From positions 256,001-320,000 of the forward strand of contig CAXXMU010000006.1 in NCBI GenBank assembly GCA_963667785.2: a stretch of 64,000 nt of DNA, in the 5' to 3' direction. Origin of the DNA: Alphaproteobacteria bacterium. GTDB taxonomy: Bacteria > Pseudomonadota > Alphaproteobacteria > UBA828. Position numbers and translations under genes: made by a program. The stretch's first letter is position 1. Every line of letters begins with the position of its first letter. Of the stretch, positions 15,043 to 25,057 are shown piece after piece. The notes under the pieces were generated by a model that saw only the letters and a list, made by a program, of their open reading frames with translations, ran no database searches and was not told the origin of the DNA.

Positions 15043-17045
15043 GACCGACTACGGCGGCGATTGCGGCGGCGCGCGGCCGGCGCCGGCGCCGCCTCCGTGG
15101 CAGGCAGGGCGACGTGGCTCGGCAGGTGGACGTAGGTCGCCGTGCCGTGGGGGATCGCCATGGCGTCGACGAAGTGGCGCTGGAAGGCGGGCTCGACGGC
15201 GGTCTCGACCTTCTCGATCCGGCGCACCACCGTCTCGATCTCGTCCCGCGCGGCCGCATCGAGCAGCGCGATCAGCGCGCCCGTGCCGGCGGCGTTCCCC
15301 GCAGCGGAGACCTTGTCGAGGGGGCAGTCCGGGATCATGCCGAGGGTCATGGCGTAGAGCGGGTCGATATGACTGCCGAAGGCGCCGGTCAGCACGATGC
15401 GGTCGACCGCCTCGATGCCGAAGCGGTCCATCAGGAGCCTGGCACCGGCCATCAGCGCCGCCTTGGCGAGCTGGATGGCGCGCACGTCGTTCTGATTGAC
15501 GATGATCTGGGGCTCGCCTGGATGGAGCACGTAGGCGAAGGTCCGCCCCTCCTCGACGATGCGCCCGGTGCGCGCCTGCGCAGCGCCCGAGATGGTGCCG
15601 TCCGCCAGCAGGATGCCGGCGAGATACATCTCGGCCAGCGCCTCGATGATGCCCGAGCCGCAGATGCCGGTGACCCCGGTGGCGGCGGTGGCCTCCGAAA
15701 AACCCTCCTCGTCGGACCAGAGCGCGCAGCCGATGACGCTGACCTTCGCCTCCAGTGTCTCCCGGTCGATCCGCACTCGCTCGATCGCGCCGGGCGCGGC
15801 CCGCTGGCCGGCCGTGATCTGCGCGCCCTCGAAGGCGGGCCCGGTGGGCGAGGACGCCGCCAGAAGCCGCTCCCGGTTGCCGAGCACGATCTCGGCGTTG
15901 GTGCCGACGTCGACGAGCAGCACTGTCTCCTCAGCCCGGTGCGGGGCCTCCGAGAGCACGACGCCCGCGGCGTCCGCCCCGACGTGGCCGGCGATGCAGG
16001 GCAGGACGTAGACGCGCCCGCCGGGGTTCATGTCGAGGCCGATGTCGCGCGCCTCATGGGTCAGCCCGCCCGAGCGCGCGAGCGCGAACGGCGCGCCGCC
16101 CAGCTCGGTCGGATCGATGCCGAGCAGCAGATGGTGCATGATCGGGTTGCCGACGAAGGTCGCGTTCAGGATGTCGCTCCGCTCCGCGCCCGCCTCTGCC
16201 GCGACCTCGCCGATCAGCGCGTTCACGGCTTCGCGCACGGCCTCGGTCAGCTCCGCCTCGCCGCCCGGGTTCATCATGACGTAGGAGACGCGGCTCATCA
16301 GATCCTCGCCGAAGCGGATCTGCGGGTTCATGCGGCCGGCGGACGCCACGACCTCGCCGCTGGATAACGCGGCCAGGTGGCAGGCGAGCGTCGTGGAGCC
16401 GATGTCGAAGGCGACGCCGAAGGCTCGGTCGCGGAAACCGGGCCAGACGGCGATGATGCGCGCGGCCCCGTGCACGGCGACCGTCGCCGACCATTCGCCG
16501 TCGCGGAGCGCGCGTTGCAGCCCCTGCAGCACGTGGAGGTCGCAGGCGAGGTCCTCGAGCCCCCATTGCGCGCCGAGCGCATCCGCCAGGCGTTCGAAGT
16601 CGCCGCTTGGCGCGTCCATGTCGGGCTCGGCGACCTCGACGTAGTGCAGCCGGATGGTGGGATCGACCGTGAAGTCGCGGGCTTCGGCGCGCTTGCGCAC
16701 GACCTGCTTGTGGACCTGGCTCTCGGGCGGGACGTCGATGACGAGGTCGCCCCGGATCAGCGACGAGCAGCCGAGGCGGCGGCCTTCCTTCAGAGTGCGG
16801 CGGGCGGCGTAGCGGGCTTCCTTCTCGCCCGGTGGGCTCAGATGGTCGGGCGCGCTCTCGATCCCGAACTTGGCGAAGTGGCCGGTGCCCGCCTCCACCT
16901 GGCAGCGGCCGCAGAGCCCGCGCCCGCCGCACACCGAATCGAGATCGACGCCGAGGGAGCGCGCGGCGTCGAGGACCGTCGTGCCGTGCGCGAAGCGCCC
17001 GCGCCTGCCGGATGGGGTAAAGACGACGAAGGCGTCTTCGGCCAT
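15039..17045 (-). CDS. ASKHA-domain corrinoid reactivation ATPase (RACo/RamA-like) with an N-terminal 2Fe-2S domain
   Basis: CGGRGLCGRC...RLGC ferredoxin; DIGSTT, DVGTNAE, GPAFEG, GICGSG and GNAAG ASKHA motifs. Confidence 0.92.
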   Translation of the reverse strand: MAEDAFVVFTPSGRRGRFAHGTTVLDAARSLGVDLDSVCGGRGLCGRCQVEAGTGHFAKFGIESAPDHLSPPGEKEARYAARRTLKEGRRLGCSSLIRGDLVIDVPPESQVHKQVVRKRAEARDFTVDPTIRLHYVEVAEPDMDAPSGDFERLADALGAQWGLEDLACDLHVLQGLQRALRDGEWSATVAVHGAARIIAVWPGFRDRAFGVAFDIGSTTLACHLAALSSGEVVASAGRMNPQIRFGEDLMSRVSYVMMNPGGEAELTEAVREAVNALIGEVAAEAGAERSDILNATFVGNPIMHHLLLGIDPTELGGAPFALARSGGLTHEARDIGLDMNPGGRVYVLPCIAGHVGADAAGVVLSEAPHRAEETVLLVDVGTNAEIVLGNRERLLAASSPTGPAFEGAQITAGQRAAPGAIERVRIDRETLEAKVSVIGCALWSDEEGFSEATAATGVTGICGSGIIEALAEMYLAGILLADGTISGAAQARTGRIVEEGRTFAYVLHPGEPQIIVNQNDVRAIQLAKAALMAGARLLMDRFGIEAVDRIVLTGAFGSHIDPLYAMTLGMIPDCPLDKVSAAGNAAGTGALIALLDAAARDEIETVVRRIEKVETAVEPAFQRHFVDAMAIPHGTATYVHLPSHVALPATEAAPAPAARRRNRRRSRS

Positions 17046-17049
17046 GTCT

Positions 17050-17991
17050 TCAGGCGCTGACGGCGGCGCCCTCCCGCCGCCGGCGGCGACCCTCGCGCCG
17101 GCCGCGCCTGCCCTCGCCGCCGGCGCCGCCGGCGCCGCCCTCGGCCGCGGGCTCGCGGAAGCGGGTCAGCCAGCGGGCGCAGTCGGGGTCGTTGCCGTTC
17201 ATCATGTCGGCAGCCATGACCGCGGCGATCTCCGCCTCGTGCAGCGGGTTCATGATGGCGGACGTAAGCCCCGAGCGCGCCGCCATGCTGAGGAACGCCG
17301 CGTTCACGCTCGGCCGGTTGGGCAGGCCGAAGCCGATGTTGGAGGCGCCGCAGGTCGAGTTCACGCCGAGCTCCTCCTTGAGGCGCCGCATGATGGCGAA
17401 GGCCTGGACGCCGGCACTGTTGATGGCGCCGATGGGCATGACCAGCGGATCGACCACCACGTCCTCCTTGGGGATGCCGTGGTCCATGGCGCGCTCGACG
17501 ATCTTCTTGGCGATCGCGAAGCGCTCGTCCGGGTCTTCCGAGATGCCGCTCTCGTCGTTGGAGATGGCCACGACGGCGCAGCCGTACTTCTTCACCAGCG
17601 GCAGCACGGATTCGAGCCGCTCCTCCTCGCCGGTGACCGAGTTGAGCAACGGCTTGCCCTGGTAGGCCTCGAGCCCGGCCTCGAGCGCCGCCACGATCGA
17701 GCTGTCGATGGAGAGCGGGACGTCCACCAGCGACTGCACGAGCCGGATGCACTCGGCGAGGATCTTCGGCTCGTCGGCGAGCGGGACGCCGGCATTGACG
17801 TCGAGCATGTGCGCACCGGCCGCGACCTGCGCCAGCGCGTCCCTCTCCACCCGCGCATAGTCGCCGGCCGCCATCTCCGCCATCAGCAGCTTGCGGCCGG
17901 TCGGGTTGATGCGCTCGCCGATGATGCAGAAGGGCTCGTCGAAGCCGATCACCACCTCTTTCGTCGCGGAGCTGACCACGGTGCGTGTCAT
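17050..17991 (-). CDS. Methyltetrahydrofolate:corrinoid methyltransferase (pterin-binding MeTr/MetH module)
   Basis: IIGERINPTGRK, LDVNAG, PLSIDSS, DPLVMPI and GASNIGFGLPNR. Confidence 0.92.
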   Translation of the reverse strand: MTRTVVSSATKEVVIGFDEPFCIIGERINPTGRKLLMAEMAAGDYARVERDALAQVAAGAHMLDVNAGVPLADEPKILAECIRLVQSLVDVPLSIDSSIVAALEAGLEAYQGKPLLNSVTGEEERLESVLPLVKKYGCAVVAISNDESGISEDPDERFAIAKKIVERAMDHGIPKEDVVVDPLVMPIGAINSAGVQAFAIMRRLKEELGVNSTCGASNIGFGLPNRPSVNAAFLSMAARSGLTSAIMNPLHEAEIAAVMAADMMNGNDPDCARWLTRFREPAAEGGAGGAGGEGRRGRREGRRRRREGAAVSA

Positions 17992-18671
17992 GGCATCGCT
18001 TCCTCGCCGGCTGCCGCCGCCGTCTCCATGAATCCCGCCAGCTCGCCGTAGCCGACATGGCGGTGGACGTAGCCGAGCCCCAGGCGCTCGGCCGCCACGC
18101 GGGCGCTCGCCTCGAGCGCTTCGTCGCGAACCTGCGAGATGTAGACGACGTTCGTGTAGTTGCCGAAGTAGTCGTCGCGCAGCTCCGGCCAGCGGTCTAG
18201 GCCTAAGCCCTCGATGATCAGGCGGTCGAAGTGGCGCACCATGTAATCGGTCAGGAAGAACTGGGTCGGGTCGTCGTCGGTGATGGCGGCAAACGCCTCC
18301 TGGCCGGTGTAGAAGGCGTAGCAGTGCGGCCCCTCGATGCGCCGCACCCCTTCCTCCTCGATCACTTGGTCGAGCAGGCCGCCCGTGCCGCAGTCGCCGT
18401 AGGCCACGAAGATCGCGCGGTAGCGGCGCCGGTTGGCGCGGATCTTCGCCCGCACCGCCTCGGGGATCAGGTGGGGCCGGTTGTGCAGCTTGGCCGGCAG
18501 GCAGGTGATGTCGAGATGGTCGAAGCCGTTGGCGGCGCGGAAGTCCACGATCTCGCGCGCCAGCGCGCCGCAGGCGATGACGAGCGCGCGCGCAGGGCCA
18601 GCGGAGGCGAACGCGGCCTCGTCGTCGACCGAGAGGTCGGTGTGCTCTGGCTTCGCAGTCACGGCCGTCAT
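17988..18671 (-). CDS. DUF1638 domain protein (B12-reactivation associated)
   Basis: VIACGALAREI, CLPAKLHNRP, YGDCGTGG, GPHCYAF and FFLTD; sits inside the corrinoid operon. Confidence 0.85.
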   Translation of the reverse strand: MTAVTAKPEHTDLSVDDEAAFASAGPARALVIACGALAREIVDFRAANGFDHLDITCLPAKLHNRPHLIPEAVRAKIRANRRRYRAIFVAYGDCGTGGLLDQVIEEEGVRRIEGPHCYAFYTGQEAFAAITDDDPTQFFLTDYMVRHFDRLIIEGLGLDRWPELRDDYFGNYTNVVYISQVRDEALEASARVAAERLGLGYVHRHVGYGELAGFMETAAAAGEEAMP

Positions 18672-18680
18672 GCGCCGGCC

Positions 18681-19391
18681 TCAGGCGGCTCCCGCTTCGT
18701 CGGCGCGCAGGTTGTGCCGGCGCTTCATCAGCTCCTTGGCCGTCTCCACCGTGATCGCGGCATCGGAGCAATAGGCGTCCGCGCCCACCGCCTTGGCGAA
18801 CTCCTCGTTCAGCGGCGCGCCGCCCACCATCACCATGTAGTCGTCGCGGATGCCCTTCTCCTTCATCGTGTCGATCACGACCTTCATGTAGGGCATGGTC
18901 GTGGTCAGCAGGGCCGACATGCCGAGGATGTCGGGCTCGTGCTCCTCCAGCGCGGCCAGGTAGTTCTCCACCGGGTTGTTGATGCCGAGATCGATCACCT
19001 CGAAGCCGGCGCCCTCCATCATCATCGTCACCAGGTTCTTGCCGATGTCGTGGATGTCGCCCTTGACGGTGCCGATCACCATCTTGCCGGCGCGCGGCGC
19101 TCCGGTCTCGGCCAGCAGGGGGCGGAGGATGAACATGCCGCCCTTCATGGCGTTGGCGGACTTCAGCACCTCAGGCACGAAGAGGATGCCGTCGCGAAAG
19201 TCGATGCCGACGATGCGCATGCCCTCAACCAGCGCCTCGGTCAGGATCCTGTAGGGCTCCCAGCCGCGCTCGAGCAGGATCCTCACGCCCTCCTCGATCT
19301 CCTCCTTGAGACCGTCGTAGAGGTCGTCGTGCATCTGCTCGACGAGGTCGGCGTCGTTCAGCTCGCTGAGAATGATCTCGTCGTCCGGCAT
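18681..19391 (-). CDS. Corrinoid (B12-binding) protein, MtbC/MetH cap plus B12-binding domain
   Basis: FVPEVL..A.AM cap; GTVKGDIHDIGKNLV (DxHxxG); MSALLTTTM; MVGGAP. Confidence 0.95.
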   Translation of the reverse strand: MPDDEIILSELNDADLVEQMHDDLYDGLKEEIEEGVRILLERGWEPYRILTEALVEGMRIVGIDFRDGILFVPEVLKSANAMKGGMFILRPLLAETGAPRAGKMVIGTVKGDIHDIGKNLVTMMMEGAGFEVIDLGINNPVENYLAALEEHEPDILGMSALLTTTMPYMKVVIDTMKEKGIRDDYMVMVGGAPLNEEFAKAVGADAYCSDAAITVETAKELMKRRHNLRADEAGAA

Positions 19392-19510
19392 GGGCCCTGT
19401 CCTGATCCGGGAAACGACTGCGCCGGGCATTCGGTGACGGCGCCGCGCGCCGCTAGCTGGAAGTCCTCTCGCGGACACGCGGCTCGGTGCCTGAACCCCG
19501 TCCCTTTTGA

Positions 19511-19568
19511 ATCATATGGCGGCCGGCAGACTATTCCTCACACGACACCGCCTTGTTGCCCGGCGACA
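19511..19568 (-). promoter_or_regulatory. Tandem GATase-AraC (GbdR/ArgR-type) operator and -10 box upstream of the corrinoid operon
   Basis: Minus strand reads TGTCGC-cgggcaac-AA-ggcgg then TGTCGT-gtgaggaa-ta (21-bp period), followed by TATGAT at 19516-19511. Confidence 0.65.
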
Positions 19569-19610
19569 AAGCGCGAATTATCGGCCGCCCCCACCGCCCC
19601 GTTCCCTCTT

Positions 19611-19698
19611 CACGTCATGGCCGGGCTTGTCCCGGCCATCCACGTTTCAATGTCGCACCTAGTCCGAATGGATGCCCGGACCAAGTCCGGGCATGACG
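19611..19698. repeat. REP-like palindromic element, copy 2
   Basis: CACGTCATGGCCGGGCTTGTCCCGGCCATCCACGT...GGATGCCCGGACCAAGTCCGGGCATGACG. Confidence 0.85.
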
Positions 19699-19746
19699 AA
19701 GGGAGGGGGCACCGCGTCAACTCAGCCGAGCGCTTGAAACGGAACG

Positions 19747-20763
19747 CTAGAGGGGCGCCGGCCCCGGCAGGGCGACGTCGATCGAGCGATAGGGCGTCGA
19801 CCCGCTGGTCAGCCGCTTGGTCTCGCGCGGCGCGTGCCCGAAGTGCTGGCGATAGGACTTCGAGAAGTGCGAGGCCGAGACGAAGCCCGTGGCCAGCGCG
19901 ACGTTCGTCACCGACATGCAGGTCTGCTGCAGCAGGGCGCGCGCCCGGTTCAGCCGCATGTCCAGGTAATAGCGGCTGGGCGTGCAGTTCAGGTATTTCA
20001 GGAAGAGCCTCTCGATCTGGCGGGTGGAGAGGCCTACCTCACGGGCGAGCTCCGCCTGGCTCAGCGGCGTCTCGATGTGCTCCGACATCAGGTTGATGCT
20101 GGCGAGCAGCCTGGGTTGGCTGACCGCGAGGCGAAGGCGCAGCGCCATCCTCTGGTGGTCGTCCTCGCCCCTGATCCGCTCGCACACGAGCCCCTCCGAG
20201 ACCGCCGCGGCGAGCTCGTAGCCGTGGTCGCGGCTGATGAAGCTCAGCATCATGTCCGAGGCCGCCATGCCGCCGGCGCAGGTGTAGCGGTTGCGGTCGA
20301 TGACGAAGATGTCCTCGCTCACGTCGATCTCGGGGAAGTCCTCGACGAAGCCCGGCAGGTTCTCCCAGTGGATGGTGCAGCGATAGCCGTCGAGCAGTCC
20401 AAGACGGGCCAGGACGTGGCTGCCGGTGCAGAGCGCGCCGATATTGGTGCCGCGCCGCTCGATCTGGCGCAGCCAGATGGCGAGCCGCGCGTCCTCGAAT
20501 AGGTGGGTCTCGATGCCGCCGCAGAGGAAGACGGTAGAGAGCCGCGCGGCGGCGTCCCCCATCGCGAGGTCGGCCGCGACGCTGAGGCCGGCCGACGAGG
20601 CCACGGCGTCGCCGTCCATGGAGACGGTGCGCCACTCATAGAGTGTGCGGCCGCTGACGTAGTTCGCGAGCCGCAGCGGCTCGATCGCGCTCGAGAGCGC
20701 GCCGAGCGAGAACTTCGGGACCATCAGGAAGCCGAACTGGGAGCCGGGGTCGGTGGTCTGCAT
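19747..20763 (-). CDS. GlxA/GbdR-family AraC transcriptional regulator (GATase1 plus AraC HTH)
   Basis: IEPLRLAN, GALCTGS, CTIHWEN, TCAGGMA, and AraC HTH (LSTRQIERLF...ATGFVSASHFSKSYR). Confidence 0.92.
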   Translation of the reverse strand: MQTTDPGSQFGFLMVPKFSLGALSSAIEPLRLANYVSGRTLYEWRTVSMDGDAVASSAGLSVAADLAMGDAAARLSTVFLCGGIETHLFEDARLAIWLRQIERRGTNIGALCTGSHVLARLGLLDGYRCTIHWENLPGFVEDFPEIDVSEDIFVIDRNRYTCAGGMAASDMMLSFISRDHGYELAAAVSEGLVCERIRGEDDHQRMALRLRLAVSQPRLLASINLMSEHIETPLSQAELAREVGLSTRQIERLFLKYLNCTPSRYYLDMRLNRARALLQQTCMSVTNVALATGFVSASHFSKSYRQHFGHAPRETKRLTSGSTPYRSIDVALPGPAPL

Positions 20764-20937
20764 GGCATCGCCGCCGGTGAGGCGCCTCCCTGCGGCGTCG
20801 CTTGGCACACGAACGCCGCTCGTGCGTGACCTCTGTTCAAATTACGACACCGAGCGGCGGATAGGGCAACAGGATTCTCGCGCCGCGCCGTTCCTCGGCG
20901 ACCGGCGCGCGGAAGGCGCCCGGAGTGGGCGGAGAGG

Positions 20938-21936
20938 TCAGGCGTTGACGTCGACCACCACGCGGCCGCGCACGCCGCCCGCGAGGATCTCCTCGCCCTG
21001 CTCCACCACCTCGGCGAGCGGGATGACCTCGGTCATCGCCGCGAGGGCCGAGCCCGGCAGGTCGCGGGCGAGCCGCTGCCACGCTTCCCGGCGCGGCGCG
21101 GGCGGGCACATGACCGAATCGATGCCGAGCAGGCTCACGCCGCGCAGGATGAACGGCATGACCGTGGTCTTCAGCCCCGCGCCGCCGGCGAGCCCGCAGG
21201 CCGCGACCGCGCCGCCGTAGCGCGCCTCGGCGAGCACGTGGGCCAGCATCGCGCCGCCCACCGTGTCGACGGCACCGGCCCAGTGCTCGGAGAGCAGCGG
21301 CTTCTCCGGCGCCTCGGCGCGGGCGCCGCGGGGCAGCACCTCGTGCGCACCGAGACCGGTAAGGTAGTCGCGGCACTCGTCGGCGCGGCCGGTGATGGCG
21401 ACGGCCTCGTGGCCGAGGCGGGCAAGAAGCGCGACGGCGACGCTGCCGACGCCACCGGCGGCACCGGTGACGGCGACGGGGCCCGCGCCCGCGGCAACGC
21501 CCGCCCGCTCGAGCGCGATGACGCAGAGCATGGCGGTGAAGCCTGCCGTGCCGATGGCCGCCGCCCACTTGGTGTCGCAGGCCTCGGGCAGCGGCTCCAG
21601 CCACTTGGCCGGCACCCGCGCCCGCTGCGCGAGCCCGCCGGGGTGCCGCTCGCCGACGCCCCAGCCGGTGAGCACCACGGCCTGCCCCGGCGCGAAGTCG
21701 GGCGACTCGCTGCTCTCGACCGTACCGGCGAAGTCGATGCCGGCTGTCATCGGCGGCCGCCTGATGATCGGCGCGCGCCCGGTGAGGGCCAGGCCGTCCT
21801 TGTAGTTGAGGCAGGAATAGTCGATCCGCACCGTGACCTCGCCGTCCGGCAGGTCGGCCTCCGTCAGGGTCCTGATCCCGGCGACGGTCTCACCGTCCTG
21901 CCGATCGACGACAAGGGCTCTGTAGCTGTCTGACAT
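20938..21936 (-). CDS. acuI: Acryloyl-CoA reductase AcuI/YhdH family MDR oxidoreductase
   Basis: YSCLNYKDGLA, GTAGFTAMLCV, VTGAAGGVGS and TVMPFILRGVSLLGIDSV. Confidence 0.85.
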   Translation of the reverse strand: MSDSYRALVVDRQDGETVAGIRTLTEADLPDGEVTVRIDYSCLNYKDGLALTGRAPIIRRPPMTAGIDFAGTVESSESPDFAPGQAVVLTGWGVGERHPGGLAQRARVPAKWLEPLPEACDTKWAAAIGTAGFTAMLCVIALERAGVAAGAGPVAVTGAAGGVGSVAVALLARLGHEAVAITGRADECRDYLTGLGAHEVLPRGARAEAPEKPLLSEHWAGAVDTVGGAMLAHVLAEARYGGAVAACGLAGGAGLKTTVMPFILRGVSLLGIDSVMCPPAPRREAWQRLARDLPGSALAAMTEVIPLAEVVEQGEEILAGGVRGRVVVDVNA

Positions 21937-22022
21937 CGTGCGCTCCCACCCCACGTTACCTAGCGCCGTCTCAATATCCGCCCGAGCGGGGTCAGGCAAC
22001 CGTGGCGGACGCCCCGCCCGTC

Positions 22023-22050
22023 TTGACAGGCGAAGCGCCGCGGCTAGAGT
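22023..22050 (+). promoter_or_regulatory. Putative sigma70 promoter for thrS
   Basis: TTGACA-N16-TAGAGT, with an alphaproteobacterial GCTANA-type -10. Confidence 0.5.
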
Positions 22051-22091
22051 GCCGCGACTTTCGGGCAAACTGAGGATTCGACGCCGCCGCA

Positions 22092-24032
22092 ATGCCGACA
22101 CTTTCGTTGCCGGACGGCGCGGCGCGCTCGTTCGATGCCCCCGTCACCGGCGCCGACCTCGCGGCAGCGATCGGGCCCGGACTCGCCAAGGCGGCCCTCC
22201 TTGTCGAGGTCGACGGCGAGCTGCGCGATCTCTCCCGCCCCATCGAGGAGGACGCGGCGGTACGCGTGATCACCGCGCGCGATACGGACGCGCTCGAGGT
22301 CATCCGCCACGACGCCGCCCACCTGCTGGCGGAGGCGGTCAAGGAGCTCTACCCCGACGTCCAGGTGACCATCGGCCCGGCCATCGAGGACGGCTTCTAC
22401 TACGACTTCGCCCGCGACGAGCCCTTCACGCCCGCCGACCTCGAGCGGATCGAGGCGCGCATGGCCGAGATCAGGGCGCGCGACGAGACCGTGGCCCGCG
22501 AGGAATGGGCGCGCGATGACGCGGTGAAGATGTTCGAGGGCATGGGCGAGCACTACAAGGCGGAGCTGATCGCCGCGATCCCCGACGGCGAGCCCATCAC
22601 CCTCTACCGCCAGGGTGGCTTCGTCGATCTTTGCCGCGGCCCCCACCTGCCGTCGACCGGCAGGGTGGGCGCCTTCAAGCTCCTCAAGGTCGCCGGCGCC
22701 TACTGGCGGGGCGATGCCCGCAACGAGATGCTGCAGCGCATCTACGGCACGGCCTGGCCCGACGACAAGCAGCTCAAGGCCTACCTGCACCGCCTGGAGG
22801 AGGCCGAGAAGCGCGACCACCGGCGGCTCGGACGCGAGATGGGCCTCTTCCACTTCCAGGAGGAGGCGCCAGGCGCCGCCTTCTGGCATCCCAAGGGCTG
22901 GACGCTCTTCCGCACGCTCGTCGACTACATGCGGATTCGGCAGGACCGTGCCGGCTACCAGGAGGTGAGCACACCCGACATGATGGACAGCGTGCTCTGG
23001 GAGGCCTCCGGCCACTGGCAGACCTTCCGCGAGCACATGTTCACCTCGCAGACCGAGGACGGCCGGCACTACGCGGTCAAGCCGATGAACTGCCCCGGCC
23101 ACGTGCAGGTCTACAAGCGCGGCATCAAGAGCTACCGCGACCTGCCGCTGCGCATCTCGGAGTTCGGCAAGGTCCACCGCTACGAGCCGTCGGGCGCGCT
23201 GCACGGCCTGCTCAGGGTGCGCGCCTTCAGCCAGGACGACGCCCACATCTTCTGCACGCCGGAGCAGACCGAGGCGGAGTGCCGGGGCGTCACCGAGCTC
23301 TGCCTCGACATCTACCGCGACTTCGGCTTCGAGGACGTGCAGATCAAGTTCGCCGACCGGCCGCCCAAGCGGATCGGCGCCGACGAGGTGTGGGACCAAC
23401 TCGAGGCGGCGCTCATGGGCGCGCTGGAGAGCATGGGGATCGACTACAGCCACAACCCCGGCGAGGGCGCGTTTTACGGGCCGAAGCTCGAGTTCGTGCT
23501 GCGCGACGCCATCGGCCGCGAATGGCAGTGCGGCACGCTCCAGGTCGATCTCAACCTGCCTGAGCGCCTCGACGCCACCTATGTCGGCGAGGACGGCCAG
23601 CGGCACCGGCCGGTGATGCTGCACCGGGCGCTGTTCGGCTCGCTCGAGCGCTTCATCGGCATCCTGCTGGAGCACTACGGCGGCCACCTGCCGCTCTGGC
23701 TGTCGCCGACCCATGCCGTGGTGGCGACCATCACGGACCAGTGCGCCGACTATGCGCAGGCCGTGGCCGCGCGGCTCGGCGATGCCGGGCTTCGCGTCGA
23801 CGCCGACCTGCGCAACGAGAAGATCGGCTACAAGGTGCGCGAGCACAGCGCGGCCAAGGTCCCGCTCATCCTCGCCGTGGGCGCGCGCGAGGCCGAGGCC
23901 GGCACCGTCTCGGTGCGCCGGCTCGGCTCCAGGGATCAAGAAAATCTTGCGCTCGACGAGGCCGTCGCTAGGATTCGCCGGGAGGCGGCCGGCCCGCTCG
24001 GCGGTACGGCCGTGCAGGAGGGCACGGGCTGA
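22092..24032 (+). CDS. thrS: Threonine--tRNA ligase
   Basis: TGS domain, [29 protein letters not shown] and [11 protein letters not shown]. Confidence 0.98.
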   Translation: MPTLSLPDGAARSFDAPVTGADLAAAIGPGLAKAALLVEVDGELRDLSRPIEEDAAVRVITARDTDALEVIRHDAAHLLAEAVKELYPDVQVTIGPAIEDGFYYDFARDEPFTPADLERIEARMAEIRARDETVAREEWARDDAVKMFEGMGEHYKAELIAAIPDGEPITLYRQGGFVDLCRGPHLPSTGRVGAFKLLKVAGAYWRGDARNEMLQRIYGTAWPDDKQLKAYLHRLEEAEKRDHRRLGREMGLFHFQEEAPGAAFWHPKGWTLFRTLVDYMRIRQDRAGYQEVSTPDMMDSVLWEASGHWQTFREHMFTSQTEDGRHYAVKPMNCPGHVQVYKRGIKSYRDLPLRISEFGKVHRYEPSGALHGLLRVRAFSQDDAHIFCTPEQTEAECRGVTELCLDIYRDFGFEDVQIKFADRPPKRIGADEVWDQLEAALMGALESMGIDYSHNPGEGAFYGPKLEFVLRDAIGREWQCGTLQVDLNLPERLDATYVGEDGQRHRPVMLHRALFGSLERFIGILLEHYGGHLPLWLSPTHAVVATITDQCADYAQAVAARLGDAGLRVDADLRNEKIGYKVREHSAAKVPLILAVGAREAEAGTVSVRRLGSRDQENLALDEAVARIRREAAGPLGGTAVQEGTG

Positions 24033-24099
24033 TGCAGCGTCCCAGCGCCCGTGCGGCTGCCGGCAGCCGGGGACGCACCACGACGAAGGGAGCCAGGGG

Positions 24100-24636
24100 A
24101 TAGCGAGACATCCGGTCGCGGCACCGCCGACGCGCGAAGGACCACGCGTCAACGATGACATTCTGGCGGCAAGTGTCCGCCTGATCGATCAGAACGGAGG
24201 GCAGGTCGGCGTCGTCGCCGTGGAACGTGCCCTGGAGCTCGCCGACGAGGTCGGCCTCGACCTGGTCGAGGTGGCGCCGGAGGCGGAGCCGCCGGTCTGC
24301 AAGCTGCTCGACTTCGGCAAGTACAAGTACGAGGCCCAGAAGAAGGCCAGCGAAGCCCGCAAGAAGCAGAAGACCATCGATATCAAGGAGGTCAAGTTCC
24401 GGCCCGGTATCGATGAGGCCGACTACGAGGTGAAGCTGCGCAACATCCGCCGCTTCCTCGACGTGGGCGACAAGGTCAAGGTGACCATGCGCTTTCGCGG
24501 GCGCGAGATGGTCCACCAGGACATCGGCATGAACGTGCTCATGCGCGTGCGCGACGACCTCGGCGAGCTGGCGAAGATCGAGCAGCTGCCGAAGATGGAG
24601 GGCCGCCAGATGACCATGGTGATGGCCCGCAGGTAG
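24100..24636 (+). CDS. infC: Translation initiation factor IF-3 (probable non-canonical ATA start)
   Basis: GPRVND.I....[26 protein letters not shown] and KEVKFRP. No ATG/GTG precedes the conserved start; ATA at 24100 lies 7 nt after GGGAG. Confidence 0.93.
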   Translation: MARHPVAAPPTREGPRVNDDILAASVRLIDQNGGQVGVVAVERALELADEVGLDLVEVAPEAEPPVCKLLDFGKYKYEAQKKASEARKKQKTIDIKEVKFRPGIDEADYEVKLRNIRRFLDVGDKVKVTMRFRGREMVHQDIGMNVLMRVRDDLGELAKIEQLPKMEGRQMTMVMARR

Positions 24637-24840
24637 CCTGCCCCGCGCGCCCCTTCGTCCCGCGCCGGTGGGATGACGGCGGCGGGGTTCCATCGAGATG
24701 GCGGGAGAGGGAGCGAGCGCCGCCGGCGCCGCGGTCGCGCTTTCCGCTTCGGCTCTTGAATCCGGCCGACACACCGAGTACAAGGGCGCGCGCCCGGCGC
24801 CCCTCATCCTTCGATAAGCGACGAGAAACGCGAGACGCCC

Positions 24841-25038
24841 ATGTCCAAGCTCAAGACCAAGAGCAGCGCCAAGAAGCGCTTCTCCGCCACGGGGCGCGGC
24901 AAGCTTCGCCGGCGCGCGGCCTTTCACAGCCATAATCTGACCAAGCGCGCCAAGAAGGTGAAGCGCAACCAGCGCACCTCGCGGGCGCTCTCGGCGGCGG
25001 ACGCGGCGATCGTGCGGCCCTTCCTGCCCTATCTCTGA
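24841..25038 (+). CDS. rpmI: 50S ribosomal protein L35
   Basis: [21 protein letters not shown]; lies between infC and rplT. Confidence 0.96.
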   Translation: MSKLKTKSSAKKRFSATGRGKLRRRAAFHSHNLTKRAKKVKRNQRTSRALSAADAAIVRPFLPYL

Positions 25039-25057
25039 GCGCGTCGGAGGAACTCCC

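Noticed and set aside
19392-19610. Cobalamin or SAM riboswitch upstream of the corrinoid operon
   Set aside because: I could not find a B12-box or SAM-II/SAM-alpha consensus by eye; an Infernal/Rfam scan would settle it.
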